NCBI RefSeq assembly: GCF_000027125.1
Contig: NC_017626.1
Reading direction: 5' to 3' (one strand)
Length of the DNA stretch: 64,000 bases
Source of the DNA: Escherichia coli 042
Lineage (GTDB): Bacteria; Pseudomonadota; Gammaproteobacteria; Enterobacterales; Enterobacteriaceae
Notes under the pieces: generated by a model
What the model was told of the DNA's origin: nothing
Databases searched by the model: none
Seen by the model: only the letters and a program-made list of their open reading frames with translations
Made by a program: the position numbers and the translations under genes
Shown: piece by piece, positions 31,999 to 42,701 of the stretch
Layout of the letters: each line of letters opens with the position of its first letter
Numbering within the stretch: position 1 is the stretch's first letter

Positions 31999-32023
31999 TT
32001 TTAGTTATACGTTTAGATATACG
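31999..32023. repeat. right boundary direct repeat (putative attR)
   Basis: ttttagttatacgtttagatatacg, 23 of 25 identical to 24034-24058. Confidence 0.5.
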
Positions 32024-32103
32024 ATTTCAAAACTCAATTAATCTACATCTTTAAAATCATGCAGTTACAGAATCAATTAAACTACTCTCGTGGCCAAAAA
32101 TCC

Positions 32104-32137
32104 CCAAAAAAACCAACCGTAAAGGTTGGTTTTTTTA
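32104..32137 (-). terminator. rho-independent terminator downstream of yejO
   Basis: aaaaaaaccaaccgtaaaggttggttttttt: hairpin with flanking A and T runs. Confidence 0.7.
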
Positions 32138-32197
32138 TATCTGCATTTAATTCGATAAACAGACCGCGACACATCACGGCCTGTTTATTTTCTGTTA

Positions 32198-34789
32198 TCA
32201 GAACGTCCAGACCACACCCGCCTGAGTATTCCACGGCGATTCTACCCCTGCGCCATTGCCATAACTGACAGACAAATGACCGCTTAACGTCGGGGTAAAC
32301 GATGACCTTATCCCAGCCTGATAAACGCCACTGGTTCCAGCCACATCATTATTAAATTTGCCATCGTCATTAACTTTCACCTGGTTAGAATCGGCGTATT
32401 CCTGACGCACGGCGGCTTTCAGCCAGGGTTCCAGCGTCGTACCGTTTTGCAGGTCCATGTGATAGCTTACCGCCGTTCCCGCTTCAGCCCGTAATATGCG
32501 GGTATTTCCCACATCCGCGCGCATGCCGTTTGATAACGTGTAGTCCTGACCATCAGTGGTAAAGCCGGTAAAGGCCAGATAGGGTCTAACACTCCACAAT
32601 CCGTCAACCCAACGGAACCCGCTCTCGACATGAGCACCCGCGCCGTTACTATTGTAATCGCCAAACGCTGTTGCCCCATTACTCATCTTGCCATGGATGG
32701 TGTTGGCAAAACGGTCAACTTTCACCACTCCATCAACATAGGCACCGTTCTGATGCTCCCAACCGGCATAAGCCCCCAGGGTGTAGCTATCGATATTGCC
32801 TTTGCCGCCGCGATCAAAACCAATATCAGAATGAGAGTAACCAAAGAACAAGCCGCGAATTGTGCTGCTTTCTTCACGGGAGAAACGGCTATCGATACCG
32901 AGCGTCAGGCCCGTCAATGTTTGCTCAAAGCCAGCTCCCGCATCAGTGGTCACGTTGTTGCGGGTGTTAATTGCCGAACTCCACATCGCCGTATCGTAAT
33001 TAACGCCTTTTACGCTACCAAGACGCTCACGCACGGTGTCCAGTTCTGCATCAAATACCAGCGGTTGTGCTGCCGCCATATTCAGCACATCAGTGGTTGA
33101 AGGGGTAATTTGCGCGCGATTCTCTGCCAGACTCCAGCTATGGTTGCCATTATCCAGCAAGGTATATTCATACGTACCGATATCAACAACGCCTCCGGCA
33201 TTGCCCAACGTAAATGCAGCATCACCGCCGCCCGTTGTTACCAGTGTAAGGCTATCTCCTGCTGCCGGGCTGGCACCGGTGTCCGTCACGAATATTTTGA
33301 AATCACCTGTTGCCTGACCGGTGACGTTGAGCTGATCGCTCTGATGATTAGCCATATCGGTACGCATATAAAAATTGCCGTTTCCCGACAGGGTATTGGT
33401 GGTCAACGTAATGAAATTTTCCGCACTTGCCGTCACTGATGAACGAGTCACTGGCTCAGCCATCATAATCACATTTGCGCCGGACATCGCAAGGTTGGCT
33501 AAGTTGAGGCGAGTGTTTTGGTTCGTCGTACTGTTATCGGCAATGATGGTCCATGCGCTATTTTCGAGCGAAACATCCGCTTTGCTGGTATCCACGGCAC
33601 CATGCGTTCTAAAAGAAGCGCCCTCAGAAACCACGACCTTACCCACCAACATAGCGGGTGCATAATTTATTTGCGGCTTCATGACCTCAAGAATGCCATC
33701 ATTCCCTCTGACTGAAACGTTAACCATTGTGCCAGCCCAGACATTAGCGCGACCATTGTTGATAACCATATTTTCAGAGATGGCTTTAGAGGAATACGTT
33801 ATACTTCCATTCTGATCTGATCGACCGAGATCATATACCGCATTTGCCTGCACTCTCGTACCAGTATCCTTTCCCAGCGATTGCATAGTGGCATGCTCAT
33901 CAAGGATAGTATCAATGGCCTGCGTGTCCTCCATAACAATGAGCCCGGAACCATCATCCAGTTCATAATTTTTTGACACACCATCTTTTATACTAAATTG
34001 GCCTTTACTGTTTGTACCACTCACTTCCAGCGCATTCGTTGAGACAATTAATTGTCCGCCTGCTTTTTTATCAACGCCAGTTGCAGTCCCGCCATCCATA
34101 ACCTCCAGTAAGCCGCCACTATCCACAGTGGTATTATAAGCGAAGTCATTTTCTTCAACTCGCAAACTTCCGCCGTTTTCCAACAGCATATTATTAGCAA
34201 TACCATCCTTGATATCGAACTGACCGAGACGGTTTGTTCCGAATACCTCCATGGCCCGCGTGGTTGTTTTAATCGCACCGCCGGCTTTCTGATCTACCGC
34301 AAATGCTAATCCCCCCTCTTTAACCTCCAGTAATCCTCCCTTTTCGATAGCGGCAAAGACGGTAATCCCATCTTTTTCAATAATTAAGCGCCCGCCTTTA
34401 ATGGTGGTATCATTCGCTGCGCCATAAACCTGTAGCACACCATTATTAAGGGTAGTCTGGTTTGCCGCGCCACCCATTTGAACAATTTGATAACCGTCAT
34501 TTAATACTGAGTATTCTGCGGTGCCATTCATTTCAATGTACTGATACCCTCCGTTAATTTCAGTATTACTACTTACACCAAATTCTTTTATATGCTGTTC
34601 TCCGCCAGGATTGATTTTCGTATTATTGGCGGTCCCATAAACCAGCTGGATATCTTTTTCCAGGACAACACCATCAACTGTCTCACCATACTCAACAGTT
34701 GATGCCAATGCTATGGGTGAATATAACGCTGTAGCCACCAGAACAGATATTGCGGAACGACAAAGAGAAACAGAACCAGATTGATGCAT
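32198..34789 (-). CDS. yejO: AIDA-I-type autotransporter adhesin YejO (apparently intact)
   Basis: 863-aa ORF; signal peptide, Gly/Asn/Thr-rich repetitive passenger (repeats of ...GG.L.V..GG.A.....), C-terminal beta-barrel ending in the aromatic residues ...VVWTF; located between proL and narP. Confidence 0.85.
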   Translation of the reverse strand: MHQSGSVSLCRSAISVLVATALYSPIALASTVEYGETVDGVVLEKDIQLVYGTANNTKINPGGEQHIKEFGVSSNTEINGGYQYIEMNGTAEYSVLNDGYQIVQMGGAANQTTLNNGVLQVYGAANDTTIKGGRLIIEKDGITVFAAIEKGGLLEVKEGGLAFAVDQKAGGAIKTTTRAMEVFGTNRLGQFDIKDGIANNMLLENGGSLRVEENDFAYNTTVDSGGLLEVMDGGTATGVDKKAGGQLIVSTNALEVSGTNSKGQFSIKDGVSKNYELDDGSGLIVMEDTQAIDTILDEHATMQSLGKDTGTRVQANAVYDLGRSDQNGSITYSSKAISENMVINNGRANVWAGTMVNVSVRGNDGILEVMKPQINYAPAMLVGKVVVSEGASFRTHGAVDTSKADVSLENSAWTIIADNSTTNQNTRLNLANLAMSGANVIMMAEPVTRSSVTASAENFITLTTNTLSGNGNFYMRTDMANHQSDQLNVTGQATGDFKIFVTDTGASPAAGDSLTLVTTGGGDAAFTLGNAGGVVDIGTYEYTLLDNGNHSWSLAENRAQITPSTTDVLNMAAAQPLVFDAELDTVRERLGSVKGVNYDTAMWSSAINTRNNVTTDAGAGFEQTLTGLTLGIDSRFSREESSTIRGLFFGYSHSDIGFDRGGKGNIDSYTLGAYAGWEHQNGAYVDGVVKVDRFANTIHGKMSNGATAFGDYNSNGAGAHVESGFRWVDGLWSVRPYLAFTGFTTDGQDYTLSNGMRADVGNTRILRAEAGTAVSYHMDLQNGTTLEPWLKAAVRQEYADSNQVKVNDDGKFNNDVAGTSGVYQAGIRSSFTPTLSGHLSVSYGNGAGVESPWNTQAGVVWTF

Positions 34790-35108
34790 TGAGCTTTCAT
34801 CCTATGAAATTAATTGCTGTTAAAAGCATTGGGTAAAGAAAATACCCATAGCTCCATACCCGGAGTCAGTTTTTAAAAACTGTTTAAAGAAATGCACAAG
34901 TATTGTGATTGATTTTTTAGTTGTTTTTCTTGATGAGAAGCTGATGCAAAATTCCGTCTTTATAATGAAAATGATGCCAAAGCGAACGACAAGGTTGTAG
35001 TTTTCACTACATGTCCATACATAAAATGGGGTAACATTCACGCGCCTGGTAGCGTTACCAACGCTACGCTCAAACATAATGATTCTAATAAAACCTCAGG
35101 AGACTACT

Positions 35109-35756
35109 ATGCCTGAAGCAACGCCTTTTCAGGTGATGATTGTGGATGATCATCCACTTATGCGACGCGGTGTTCGTCAGTTACTGGAGCTTGATCCTGG
35201 CTTTGAAGTGGTCGCCGAAGCGGGCGACGGCGCGAGCGCGATCGATCTGGCGAATAGACTGGATATCGACGTGATCTTGCTGGATCTCAATATGAAAGGT
35301 ATGAGTGGCCTGGATACCCTCAATGCCTTGCGCAGGGATGGCGTTACCGCGCAAATTATTATCCTGACCGTATCAGATGCCTCCAGCGATGTCTTTGCGC
35401 TGATAGACGCAGGCGCAGACGGTTATCTGTTGAAAGATAGCGACCCGGAAGTGTTGCTGGAAGCGATTCGTGCCGGAGCGAAAGGCAGCAAAGTCTTTAG
35501 CGAACGCGTCAATCAGTACTTACGTGAACGTGAAATGTTTGGCGCGGAAGAAGATCCCTTCAGCGTGCTGACGGAGCGCGAGCTGGATGTTCTGCACGAG
35601 CTGGCACAGGGGCTGTCAAATAAACAGATTGCCTCGGTGTTGAATATTTCCGAGCAGACAGTAAAAGTACACATTCGCAATCTGCTGCGTAAACTCAATG
35701 TCCGCTCACGCGTGGCGGCCACCATTCTGTTCCTGCAACAACGCGGGGCACAATAA
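35109..35756 (+). CDS. narP: nitrate/nitrite response regulator NarP
   Basis: 215 aa from the internal ATG MPEATPFQVMIVDDHPLMRRG...; receiver domain plus LuxR-type HTH. Confidence 0.93.
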   Translation: MPEATPFQVMIVDDHPLMRRGVRQLLELDPGFEVVAEAGDGASAIDLANRLDIDVILLDLNMKGMSGLDTLNALRRDGVTAQIIILTVSDASSDVFALIDAGADGYLLKDSDPEVLLEAIRAGAKGSKVFSERVNQYLREREMFGAEEDPFSVLTERELDVLHELAQGLSNKQIASVLNISEQTVKVHIRNLLRKLNVRSRVAATILFLQQRGAQ

Positions 35757-35761
35757 AAATA

Positions 35762-35792
35762 GCCCGATGGCATCACCATCGGGCCTCTTTTT
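35762..35792. terminator. bidirectional terminator between narP and ccmH
   Basis: gcccgatggcatcaccatcgggc hairpin with flanking A and T runs. Confidence 0.7.
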
Positions 35793-36843
35793 ATTTACTC
35801 TCCTGCGGCGACAAATGTTGCATCGCCTGCGCGATACTACGTTCAATCACCGCACGGCGAGTATCGTTGGCAGGTAAGAGTTTCAACATCATCTCCCACG
35901 CGGCAACGGCTTCGCCAAATCGCTGCTGCTCAAAGGCATTAAACGCATACATGCTTAACACACGGATATTGCTGTGGTCAGTTCTCACCAACTGGCGTAG
36001 CAGTTCACCACCGAGGCGGTTGTCGTTGGGATCAGATGAACGTGTCAACGCTTCAGCGTATCCCAGTGCAGCATCACTGTTCTTCGGATCGAGGCGATAT
36101 GCAGTAGCGTATGCATCGGTGGCAATACTGGCGTTACCCAGCGCCATGCCAACGCGGCCCAACATAATCCAGCCTTCTATATCTCCCGGATTTTTTTGCA
36201 GTTGAGTACGCATCCCCAGCGCCAGGCGCGACATCTCTTCTTCGTTGAGCGGATCGGCTTTCGGATCCAGCGCCCTGTCCAGCAACGCCGGAGCCTGTGC
36301 CGTGGCTTGCTGCCAGATTTTCACCTGCTGATAATTGCCAGTATGGTAGTAGCTGACGCCAGCTACAATTAACGCCACCACAATACCCGGCAGATAAACA
36401 ATATATCCGGCACGCTTACCTTCCGGCACGCTTTGTTCAGGAAACGCGTCCGGCACCACGCGTACCCGACGCCGCGAACGGGCGTATATGACCCAACCGC
36501 CAATGCCAATAGCCACTACCGGAAGCACCCACAGCAGCACGGTCAGCGGCGTTAACGGCGGATCGTAAGTGACGAAGTTGCCGTAACGCGCCACCATATA
36601 ATCGACAATCTCTTTCTTACTTTTACCTTCCTGCATCAGTTCATACACTTTCTGGCGCAGGTCGGTGGCAATCATCGAGTTGGAATCGGCAATGCTGTTG
36701 TTCTGGCATTTCGGGCAGCGTAGTTCTTCAGTGAGTTGCCGGAACTGCTGCTCCTGCGCTTCATCCTTAAACTGCAACACGTCGATGGTCGCCAGCGCTG
36801 AGCCGGAGATCATCAGCATCAGCACGCCCAATAAAAACCTCAT
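35791..36843 (-). CDS. ccmH: cytochrome c maturation protein CcmH
   Basis: 350 aa; LRCPKCQNNSIADS motif; TPR-like C-terminal half; last gene of the ccm operon. Confidence 0.92.
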   Translation of the reverse strand: MRFLLGVLMLMISGSALATIDVLQFKDEAQEQQFRQLTEELRCPKCQNNSIADSNSMIATDLRQKVYELMQEGKSKKEIVDYMVARYGNFVTYDPPLTPLTVLLWVLPVVAIGIGGWVIYARSRRRVRVVPDAFPEQSVPEGKRAGYIVYLPGIVVALIVAGVSYYHTGNYQQVKIWQQATAQAPALLDRALDPKADPLNEEEMSRLALGMRTQLQKNPGDIEGWIMLGRVGMALGNASIATDAYATAYRLDPKNSDAALGYAEALTRSSDPNDNRLGGELLRQLVRTDHSNIRVLSMYAFNAFEQQRFGEAVAAWEMMLKLLPANDTRRAVIERSIAQAMQHLSPQESK

Positions 36844-37397
36844 TGTGCGGCCTCCTTACTGTATTTCTCCCACAGCGGCTTGATCTCTTCTTCCCAGACG
36901 CGAGGATTGAGATCGCCCGCATGGCGATAGCGAATGATGCCGTTGCCGTCGATGAGGAACGTTTCTGGCGCGCCATAGACACCGAGATCCAGTCCTAACA
37001 TGCCGTCGCCATCAAACAGGCTTAGTGCGTAAGGATTGCCCAGCTCTTTCAGCCAGCTGATTGCCTTCTGGCGATCGTCTTTATAGTTCATGCCGACCAC
37101 GCGGATGCCCTGCGCAGAAAGCTGATTCAGATATTGATGTTCCGCACGGCAGGTCGGACACCAGGTCGCCCAGACGTTAAGCAGCACTGGTTTGCCCTGA
37201 GTCAGCACATCCGCCTGATAAAACTGCCCCGGATTGTCCAGTGATTCGAGGCGAAACTTCGGCACTGGCTTGCCAATGAGCGCCGATTCCAGATTGGTCG
37301 GATCATCCCCTTCGGCATTACGCGCCAGCTGCCACAGCAGCGCCGCGGCAATCGCCAGGAAGATAATCAACGGAATTAACAATACTTTGCGCTTCAT
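36840..37397 (-). CDS. ccmG: thiol:disulfide interchange protein CcmG (DsbE)
   Basis: 185 aa; thioredoxin-like WCPTC active site. Confidence 0.93.
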   Translation of the reverse strand: MKRKVLLIPLIIFLAIAAALLWQLARNAEGDDPTNLESALIGKPVPKFRLESLDNPGQFYQADVLTQGKPVLLNVWATWCPTCRAEHQYLNQLSAQGIRVVGMNYKDDRQKAISWLKELGNPYALSLFDGDGMLGLDLGVYGAPETFLIDGNGIIRYRHAGDLNPRVWEEEIKPLWEKYSKEAAQ

Positions 37398-39337
37398 ACA
37401 GCCTCCGGCGCAGTTTTCTGCGGGTTCACGCGCTTACGATAGCGAGGATCAAACAAACACAGCAGTCCGCCCAACGCCATCATCAGCCCGCCCGCCCAAA
37501 TCCAGCGAACAAACGGTTTGTAGTAAAGACGCACGGCCCACGCGCCGTTTTCCAGCTCTTCACCGAGCGCGGCGTACAGGTCACGCGTGATGCCACCGTC
37601 AATCGCCGCTTCGGTCATCATCGACCCGGCAGTGTTGTAATAACGTTTTTCCGCATACAGCACCGTTTCCGGTTTACCCTCTCGCGTTACGCCAATAGTC
37701 GCCACACCGCCGCGCCAGTTCGGGCCAGTCACCTCTTTGACATCACGGAAGGTGAAGCGATATTCATGAATATCGACGCTATCGCCGGACTTCATGCGCA
37801 CATCACGCTCAACGCTATAATTCTGGCTAAAGGCAATGCCAACAATTGTCACTGCCAGCCCCAGGTGAGCCGCCACCATCCCCCAATAACTGAAGGTGGT
37901 TTTCGTGCCGCGTGAAATACGCAGCGCAGCTTCCGCAATTGCCAGTACCGCAATCCAGCAGGCCATTGCCAGGCCGAGTACCGTCATCGCCACAACTTTG
38001 CTTTCGAACAGCCACGGCAACAGCAGAGACAGCACCAGCGTAGAGATGAAGGCGATAATCAATAAATTGCGGATTTTACGTGGGCGATCGCGCCCCCAGC
38101 GCACCAGAGGACCGACACCAAGCAGCAGCGCAAACGGCACCATCAGCCAGGTAAACATGGTGTTGAAGAACGGTTCGCCAATCGAAATGCTGCCCAGTCC
38201 CAGTTGCTTGTGCACCAGCGGCAGCAGCGTCCCCAGTAATACCACCAGCATCGCGGCGACCAGCAAAACGTTGTTCGCTAACAGCAAAGATTCCCGCGAC
38301 CACAGCGCATTGTTTACGCGTGAGCGAACTTTGTGTCCACGCGCGGCAAACAGCAGCAGCGAACCGCCAATCACCAGCACCATAAAGGCGAGGATAAACA
38401 TGCCGCGCGCCGGATCAGAGGCAAACGCGTGTACCGATACCAGCACGCCGGAACGCACGAGGAAAGTCCCCAGCAGACACAACGAGAAGGCACTGATTGC
38501 CAGCAGTAATGTCCACGCTTTGAAGCTGGCGCGTTGTTCAGTGACCGCCAGTGAGTGCATCAGCGCAGTCCCCACCAGCCACGGCATAAACGAGGCGTTT
38601 TCTACCGGATCCCAGAACCACCAGCCACCCCAGCCGAGTTCGTAATAGGCCCATGCGGAACCGAGCACAATGCCGAGCGTCAGGAAGATCCACGCTGCCA
38701 GTGTCCACGGACGAGTAAAACGCGCATAAGTGCTGTCCAGACGCCCGCTCAGCAAAGAAGCAATGGCAAAAGCAAACGCCACCGAGAAACCGACATACCC
38801 CATATAAAGCAGAGGCGGATGAAAGATCAGCCCCGGATCCTGCAACAGGGGGTTAAGATCGCGCCCTTCAATCGGGAAGTTCGGCAACGTGCGTGAGAAC
38901 GGGTTAGAGGTAAAGAGAATGAACAGCAAAAAGCCGACGCTGACCATCCCCATTATCGCCAGTACGCGGGCCACAATATCCAGCGGAATACGCTGACTAA
39001 AAATCGCCACCGCAAAGGTCCAGCCGCTCATCAGCAGCACCCACAGCAGAAGCGAACCTTCATGCGCGCCCCAGGTAGCCGCCACGCGATACCACACCGG
39101 AAGCTGGGTATTGGAGTTGCTGGCAACATAGGTGACGGTAAAGTCGTTGACCACGAAGGCATTGACCAGTACCAGAAATGCGCCAGCCACAGACATAAAC
39201 AGCAGCCAGGCAAACAAGCGGGAAGACGCCATCATGCGCGCATCTCCGCGCGCTACGCCCCATAGCGGATACACGGACAGCAGCAGCGCAACTCCTAGCG
39301 CCAGACACAGCAGTCCGTTACCAATTTCCGGCATCAT
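37394..39337 (-). CDS. ccmF: cytochrome c heme lyase subunit CcmF
   Basis: 647-aa polytopic membrane protein; operon position. Confidence 0.93.
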   Translation of the reverse strand: MMPEIGNGLLCLALGVALLLSVYPLWGVARGDARMMASSRLFAWLLFMSVAGAFLVLVNAFVVNDFTVTYVASNSNTQLPVWYRVAATWGAHEGSLLLWVLLMSGWTFAVAIFSQRIPLDIVARVLAIMGMVSVGFLLFILFTSNPFSRTLPNFPIEGRDLNPLLQDPGLIFHPPLLYMGYVGFSVAFAFAIASLLSGRLDSTYARFTRPWTLAAWIFLTLGIVLGSAWAYYELGWGGWWFWDPVENASFMPWLVGTALMHSLAVTEQRASFKAWTLLLAISAFSLCLLGTFLVRSGVLVSVHAFASDPARGMFILAFMVLVIGGSLLLFAARGHKVRSRVNNALWSRESLLLANNVLLVAAMLVVLLGTLLPLVHKQLGLGSISIGEPFFNTMFTWLMVPFALLLGVGPLVRWGRDRPRKIRNLLIIAFISTLVLSLLLPWLFESKVVAMTVLGLAMACWIAVLAIAEAALRISRGTKTTFSYWGMVAAHLGLAVTIVGIAFSQNYSVERDVRMKSGDSVDIHEYRFTFRDVKEVTGPNWRGGVATIGVTREGKPETVLYAEKRYYNTAGSMMTEAAIDGGITRDLYAALGEELENGAWAVRLYYKPFVRWIWAGGLMMALGGLLCLFDPRYRKRVNPQKTAPEAV

Positions 39338-39813
39338 GATGCTGTGTCCTTATAAACACTCGCCGGGCGACGGTGATTGGCTTCCATCGCTTTCTCAACT
39401 TCTGGCGGCGTGTAGTTTTCATCGTGTTTCGCCAGCACTTCTTTCGCGAGGATATGATTGCCTTTTTCCAGTTCACCCTGCACCACAACGCCCTGCCCTT
39501 CACGGAACAGATCCGGCAAAATGCCTTCGTAAGAGACATCTACTGAACCTTCAGCGTCGTAAATGGTGAAAGTTACTTTTAGCGAATTGGGATCGCGCTG
39601 CACACTACCCGGCATCACCATCCCGCCAACGCGCAGACGCTGACCGACTTCCGGCATTTGCTGAGTTTCACGCTTGCCGTAGAGAATTTCCCCCGGCGTA
39701 TAAAAGAGATCGATATTCGAGCGCAGTGCATATAGCACCAGACCGATAGTCAGCGCCAGCCCCGCCAAAACGGCACAGGCAATCCACAAGCGGTTTTTAC
39801 GGCGAATATTCAT
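39334..39813 (-). CDS. ccmE: heme chaperone CcmE
   Basis: 159 aa; [40 protein letters not shown]... Confidence 0.93.
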   Translation of the reverse strand: MNIRRKNRLWIACAVLAGLALTIGLVLYALRSNIDLFYTPGEILYGKRETQQMPEVGQRLRVGGMVMPGSVQRDPNSLKVTFTIYDAEGSVDVSYEGILPDLFREGQGVVVQGELEKGNHILAKEVLAKHDENYTPPEVEKAMEANHRRPASVYKDTAS

Positions 39814-40019
39814 GCAGCCTCCTGCTGTTGCGCAGCACGTAAACGCGCCTCACGCGCCCGCTGTTGCGCCACGCCACGCAGAATTGCGCGATGCTGCATC
39901 ACCGAGTGCACGACCAAAACCACCAGCGGAATAACGGTCATCACCACCGCCAGCCAGACAAAAAAGGCGTAACCGCCCATTGCGAAAAATTCATTCCAGG
40001 AAGCAAATGCAGGGGTCAT
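39810..40019 (-). CDS. ccmD: heme exporter protein CcmD
   Basis: 69-aa single-TM protein between ccmC and ccmE. Confidence 0.9.
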   Translation of the reverse strand: MTPAFASWNEFFAMGGYAFFVWLAVVMTVIPLVVLVVHSVMQHRAILRGVAQQRAREARLRAAQQQEAA

Positions 40020-40753
40020 TTACGGCCTCTTTTCAGTATCAGTTCACTCACCCACGGACGGCGTTTTTCCATCAGCAAAATCAAATTACGCATCCGCATC
40101 AGCGTCAGCGTGGCAGACAGCAGCAGGAAGCCAAAAATCGACCAGCGCAGCGGCGAACGCATCGCCGGATCGATACTTTGCTGCATCCGCGTTGATCCCT
40201 GATGCAGGGTGTTCCACCACTCCACGGAGTAATGAATAATCGGCAGATTCACCACGCCAATCAGCACCAGAATACCTGCCGCACGGCCCGCCAGACGGCG
40301 GTCGTCGAAGGCGTGCCACAGGGCAATTACACCAACATACAGAAACAGCAGCACCAGTTCAGAAGTCAGGCGTGCGTCCCATACCCACCAGGTGCCCCAC
40401 ATCGGTTTTCCCCATGCAGAGCCGGTAACCAGGGCAATAAAGGTAAACACGGCACCAATGGGGGCCATCGCCGCCACCGCCAGGTTGGCCATTTTCATCT
40501 GCCAGACAAGGCCAATAAACGCCGCCACCGCCATTGATGCATAAATGCCCATCGACCAGATCGCCGCAGGCACATGCAGGTAGATAATGCGGTAGCTATT
40601 TCCCTGCTGATAATCAGCCGGAGCAAAGCCGAATCCCCAGATCCAGCCGACGGTAAGCACGACCACACTGGCAATTGCCAGCCACGGTATAAACCAGCCA
40701 CAGATTTGATACAGCCGTGGTGGGATCGCCAGTTGATGCAGTGTTTTCCACAT
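40016..40753 (-). CDS. ccmC: heme exporter protein CcmC
   Basis: 245 aa from the internal ATG MWKTLHQLAIPPRLYQICGW...; WGxxWxWD-type tryptophan-rich motif (WGTWWVWDARL). Confidence 0.92.
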   Translation of the reverse strand: MWKTLHQLAIPPRLYQICGWFIPWLAIASVVVLTVGWIWGFGFAPADYQQGNSYRIIYLHVPAAIWSMGIYASMAVAAFIGLVWQMKMANLAVAAMAPIGAVFTFIALVTGSAWGKPMWGTWWVWDARLTSELVLLFLYVGVIALWHAFDDRRLAGRAAGILVLIGVVNLPIIHYSVEWWNTLHQGSTRMQQSIDPAMRSPLRWSIFGFLLLSATLTLMRMRNLILLMEKRRPWVSELILKRGRK

Positions 40754-40794
40754 AGTTTCGATACCAGACTCGAACAAAAATCAGTAATCCAGCG

Positions 40795-41457
40795 TTATTG
40801 AATGCTGATTCGTAACGCTGCCGCCGTCGCAAAAGGACTTAATGTCGCGGTGCCTGCCAGCAACGCGCCTAAAATTGCCAGATACCCATCAACGGGCAAA
40901 TGCATAGAAGCCGCGTCCATCGCGGCGGTGGCAAAGATGAGTAATGGGATAGTCAGCGGTAATACGAGAATGCTGAGCAGCACACCACCGCGCTTAAGTC
41001 CCACTGTCAGCGCCACGCCCGGTGCACCGAGAAAGCCAAGCGTAGGCGTTCCCAGCAGCAGCGTTAACGCCATCACTTGCCAGCCATAAACATCCATTCC
41101 CAGTAGCATTGCTACCAGGGGCGAAAGGATGAGTAACGGCAGACCGGTTACCATCCAGTGCGCCATCACCTTCGCCAGCACAACGGCGGGCAAGGGTAAC
41201 GGCAACAACATCAATTGTTCAAGACTGCCGTCCTGCAAATCGTCACGGAACAGACGCTCCAGTGCCAGCAAGGATGAAAGCAGCGCAGCAACCCAGATAA
41301 TGCCCGGCGCAATACGCGCCAGCAGTTGCGGCTCCGGACCGATACTGAGCGGAAAAAGGGTAATGACAATCAGGAAGAACCACAGCGGGTTGGCGATTTC
41401 GGCGCTATGGCGAAACGCTACGCGCAGCTCAAGACGGAAAATGCGCCAGAACATCAT
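40795..41457 (-). CDS. ccmB: heme exporter membrane protein CcmB
   Basis: 220-aa membrane protein; operon position. Confidence 0.92.
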
Positions 41458-42077
41458 GCGGCCCTCGTTTGCGTCAGTGAAATGCGGCGAATTTTACTTT
41501 CAGCAACGTTGAGCGGCTGGTGGGTAGTCAGAATCACAATCCCCCCCTGCTCCGTATGCTGCGCCATACGCTGGGTCAGACGATCGACGCCGTTAACGTC
41601 AATCGCGGTAAAAGGCTCGTCGAGGATCCATAACGTGGCACGGGTTAGCCACAGACGCGCTAAAGCGACGCGGCGTTGTTGCCCGGCAGAAAGTTGATTT
41701 ACCGGAATATCTTCGAATCCGGCAAGCCCGGCCTGCGCCAGGGCTTCCAGACATTGTGCGGTATCGCCATCGCGATGATAAAAGTGCAGATTTTCTAACG
41801 CCGTCAGCCGGGTTTTGATCCCCGGCTGATGGCCTATCCATAACAGGTTTTGATGGTAGCTGTCGCGTACCTGATGCAAGGGCTGCCCTTGCCAGAGAAC
41901 GTCACCCGCATCAGGGCGAGACAACCCCGTCAGCAAACGGAGAAGCGTTGTCTTCCCCGCGCCGTTGCTACCGGTGATTTGTACCCACTCTCCTGCGTTC
42001 AGCGTAAATGACAAGCCACTAAATAAGGTTCGTTCATCCCGCTCGCAAAGTAACTCTCTGGCTTCAAGCATACCCAC
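41454..42077 (-). CDS. ccmA: heme exporter ATP-binding protein CcmA
   Basis: 207 aa; Walker [10 protein letters not shown] and LSAGQQRR signature. Confidence 0.92.
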   Translation of the reverse strand: MGMLEARELLCERDERTLFSGLSFTLNAGEWVQITGSNGAGKTTLLRLLTGLSRPDAGDVLWQGQPLHQVRDSYHQNLLWIGHQPGIKTRLTALENLHFYHRDGDTAQCLEALAQAGLAGFEDIPVNQLSAGQQRRVALARLWLTRATLWILDEPFTAIDVNGVDRLTQRMAQHTEQGGIVILTTHQPLNVAESKIRRISLTQTRAA

Positions 42078-42089
42078 GCAATAACCCTG

Positions 42090-42692
42090 TTAAAAACCTG
42101 GCTCGACTTCGCGCATATCGGGCAGCTTGTGCGCTATCCCTTTATGGCAATCAATACAGGTTTGCCCATCTTTCACCGCCTGGTCATGCATCTTCGCGGC
42201 AACCGATTTCTGGGCGGTTGTATCCATATACTCGAAGTTGTGACAGTTACGGCACTCCTGCGAGTTATTGTCCTTCATGCGCCGCCACTCATTCTGTGCC
42301 ATCGTCAGGCGATGAGCTTCAAATTTCTGCGGCGTGTCAATAACGCCAAAAATTTTACCATACAGCTCTTTACTTGCTTTGAGCTTGCGTATCATCTTCG
42401 GCACAAACTCGTGCGGAACGTGACAATCCGGACAGGTCGCACGAACGCCGCTACGGTTGTTGTAGTGCACGGAATCCATGTATTCCTGATACACCGTGTT
42501 ACGCATTTCGTGGCAGCTAATGCAGAACTCTTCGGTATTGGCTTTTTCCATCCCGGTGTTAAAGCCGCCCCAGAAGACGATGCCGCCAACAAAGCCGATC
42601 AACAGCAGCGTCCCCAGCGCCAGACGGCTGGGAGTACGCCACCATTTCCACAGGCGCTTAATCAGACCAGGCTTACGGTCAGAATTTCCCAT
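42090..42692 (-). CDS. napC: membrane tetraheme cytochrome c NapC
   Basis: 200 aa; four CxxCH heme motifs (CISCH, CPDCH, CRNCH, CIDCH); N-terminal TM anchor. Confidence 0.93.
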   Translation of the reverse strand: MGNSDRKPGLIKRLWKWWRTPSRLALGTLLLIGFVGGIVFWGGFNTGMEKANTEEFCISCHEMRNTVYQEYMDSVHYNNRSGVRATCPDCHVPHEFVPKMIRKLKASKELYGKIFGVIDTPQKFEAHRLTMAQNEWRRMKDNNSQECRNCHNFEYMDTTAQKSVAAKMHDQAVKDGQTCIDCHKGIAHKLPDMREVEPGF

Positions 42693-42701
42693 AATAACCT
42701 C

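Larger units (their letters stand above)
24034..32023. mobile_element. ~8 kb integrative element (P4-related / PICI-like satellite-type island) between proL and yejO
   Basis: Contiguous block of integrase, AlpA-like, Icd-like, primase/helicase, SSB-like, FinO-like and PerC-like genes plus iteron clusters, flanked by 25-bp imperfect direct repeats. Sits between proL and yejO, which by recollection are near neighbours in K-12. Confidence 0.7.

Noticed and set aside
31860-32200. Search for a duplicated 3' end of proL at the right end of the island (classic tRNA-derived attR)
   Set aside because: No segment resembling ggttcaaatcctctcgtgccgacca was seen near the right boundary. The only flanking direct repeat is the TTTAGTTATAYG-type 25-mer, so a tRNA-3'-end att is not supported.
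32198-34789. IS5 insertion in yejO, as I recall for K-12
   Set aside because: The reading frame is continuous for 863 codons, and no transposase ORF or terminal inverted repeats are present anywhere in the window.
37896-38645. 249-aa plus-strand ORF inside ccmF; similar long antisense ORFs inside napA (44940-47219) and ompC (55454-56476)
   Set aside because: All are antisense to well-supported genes and have odd low-complexity composition (Ser/Thr/Val/Arg-rich). Judged to be artefacts of codon bias on the opposite strand.
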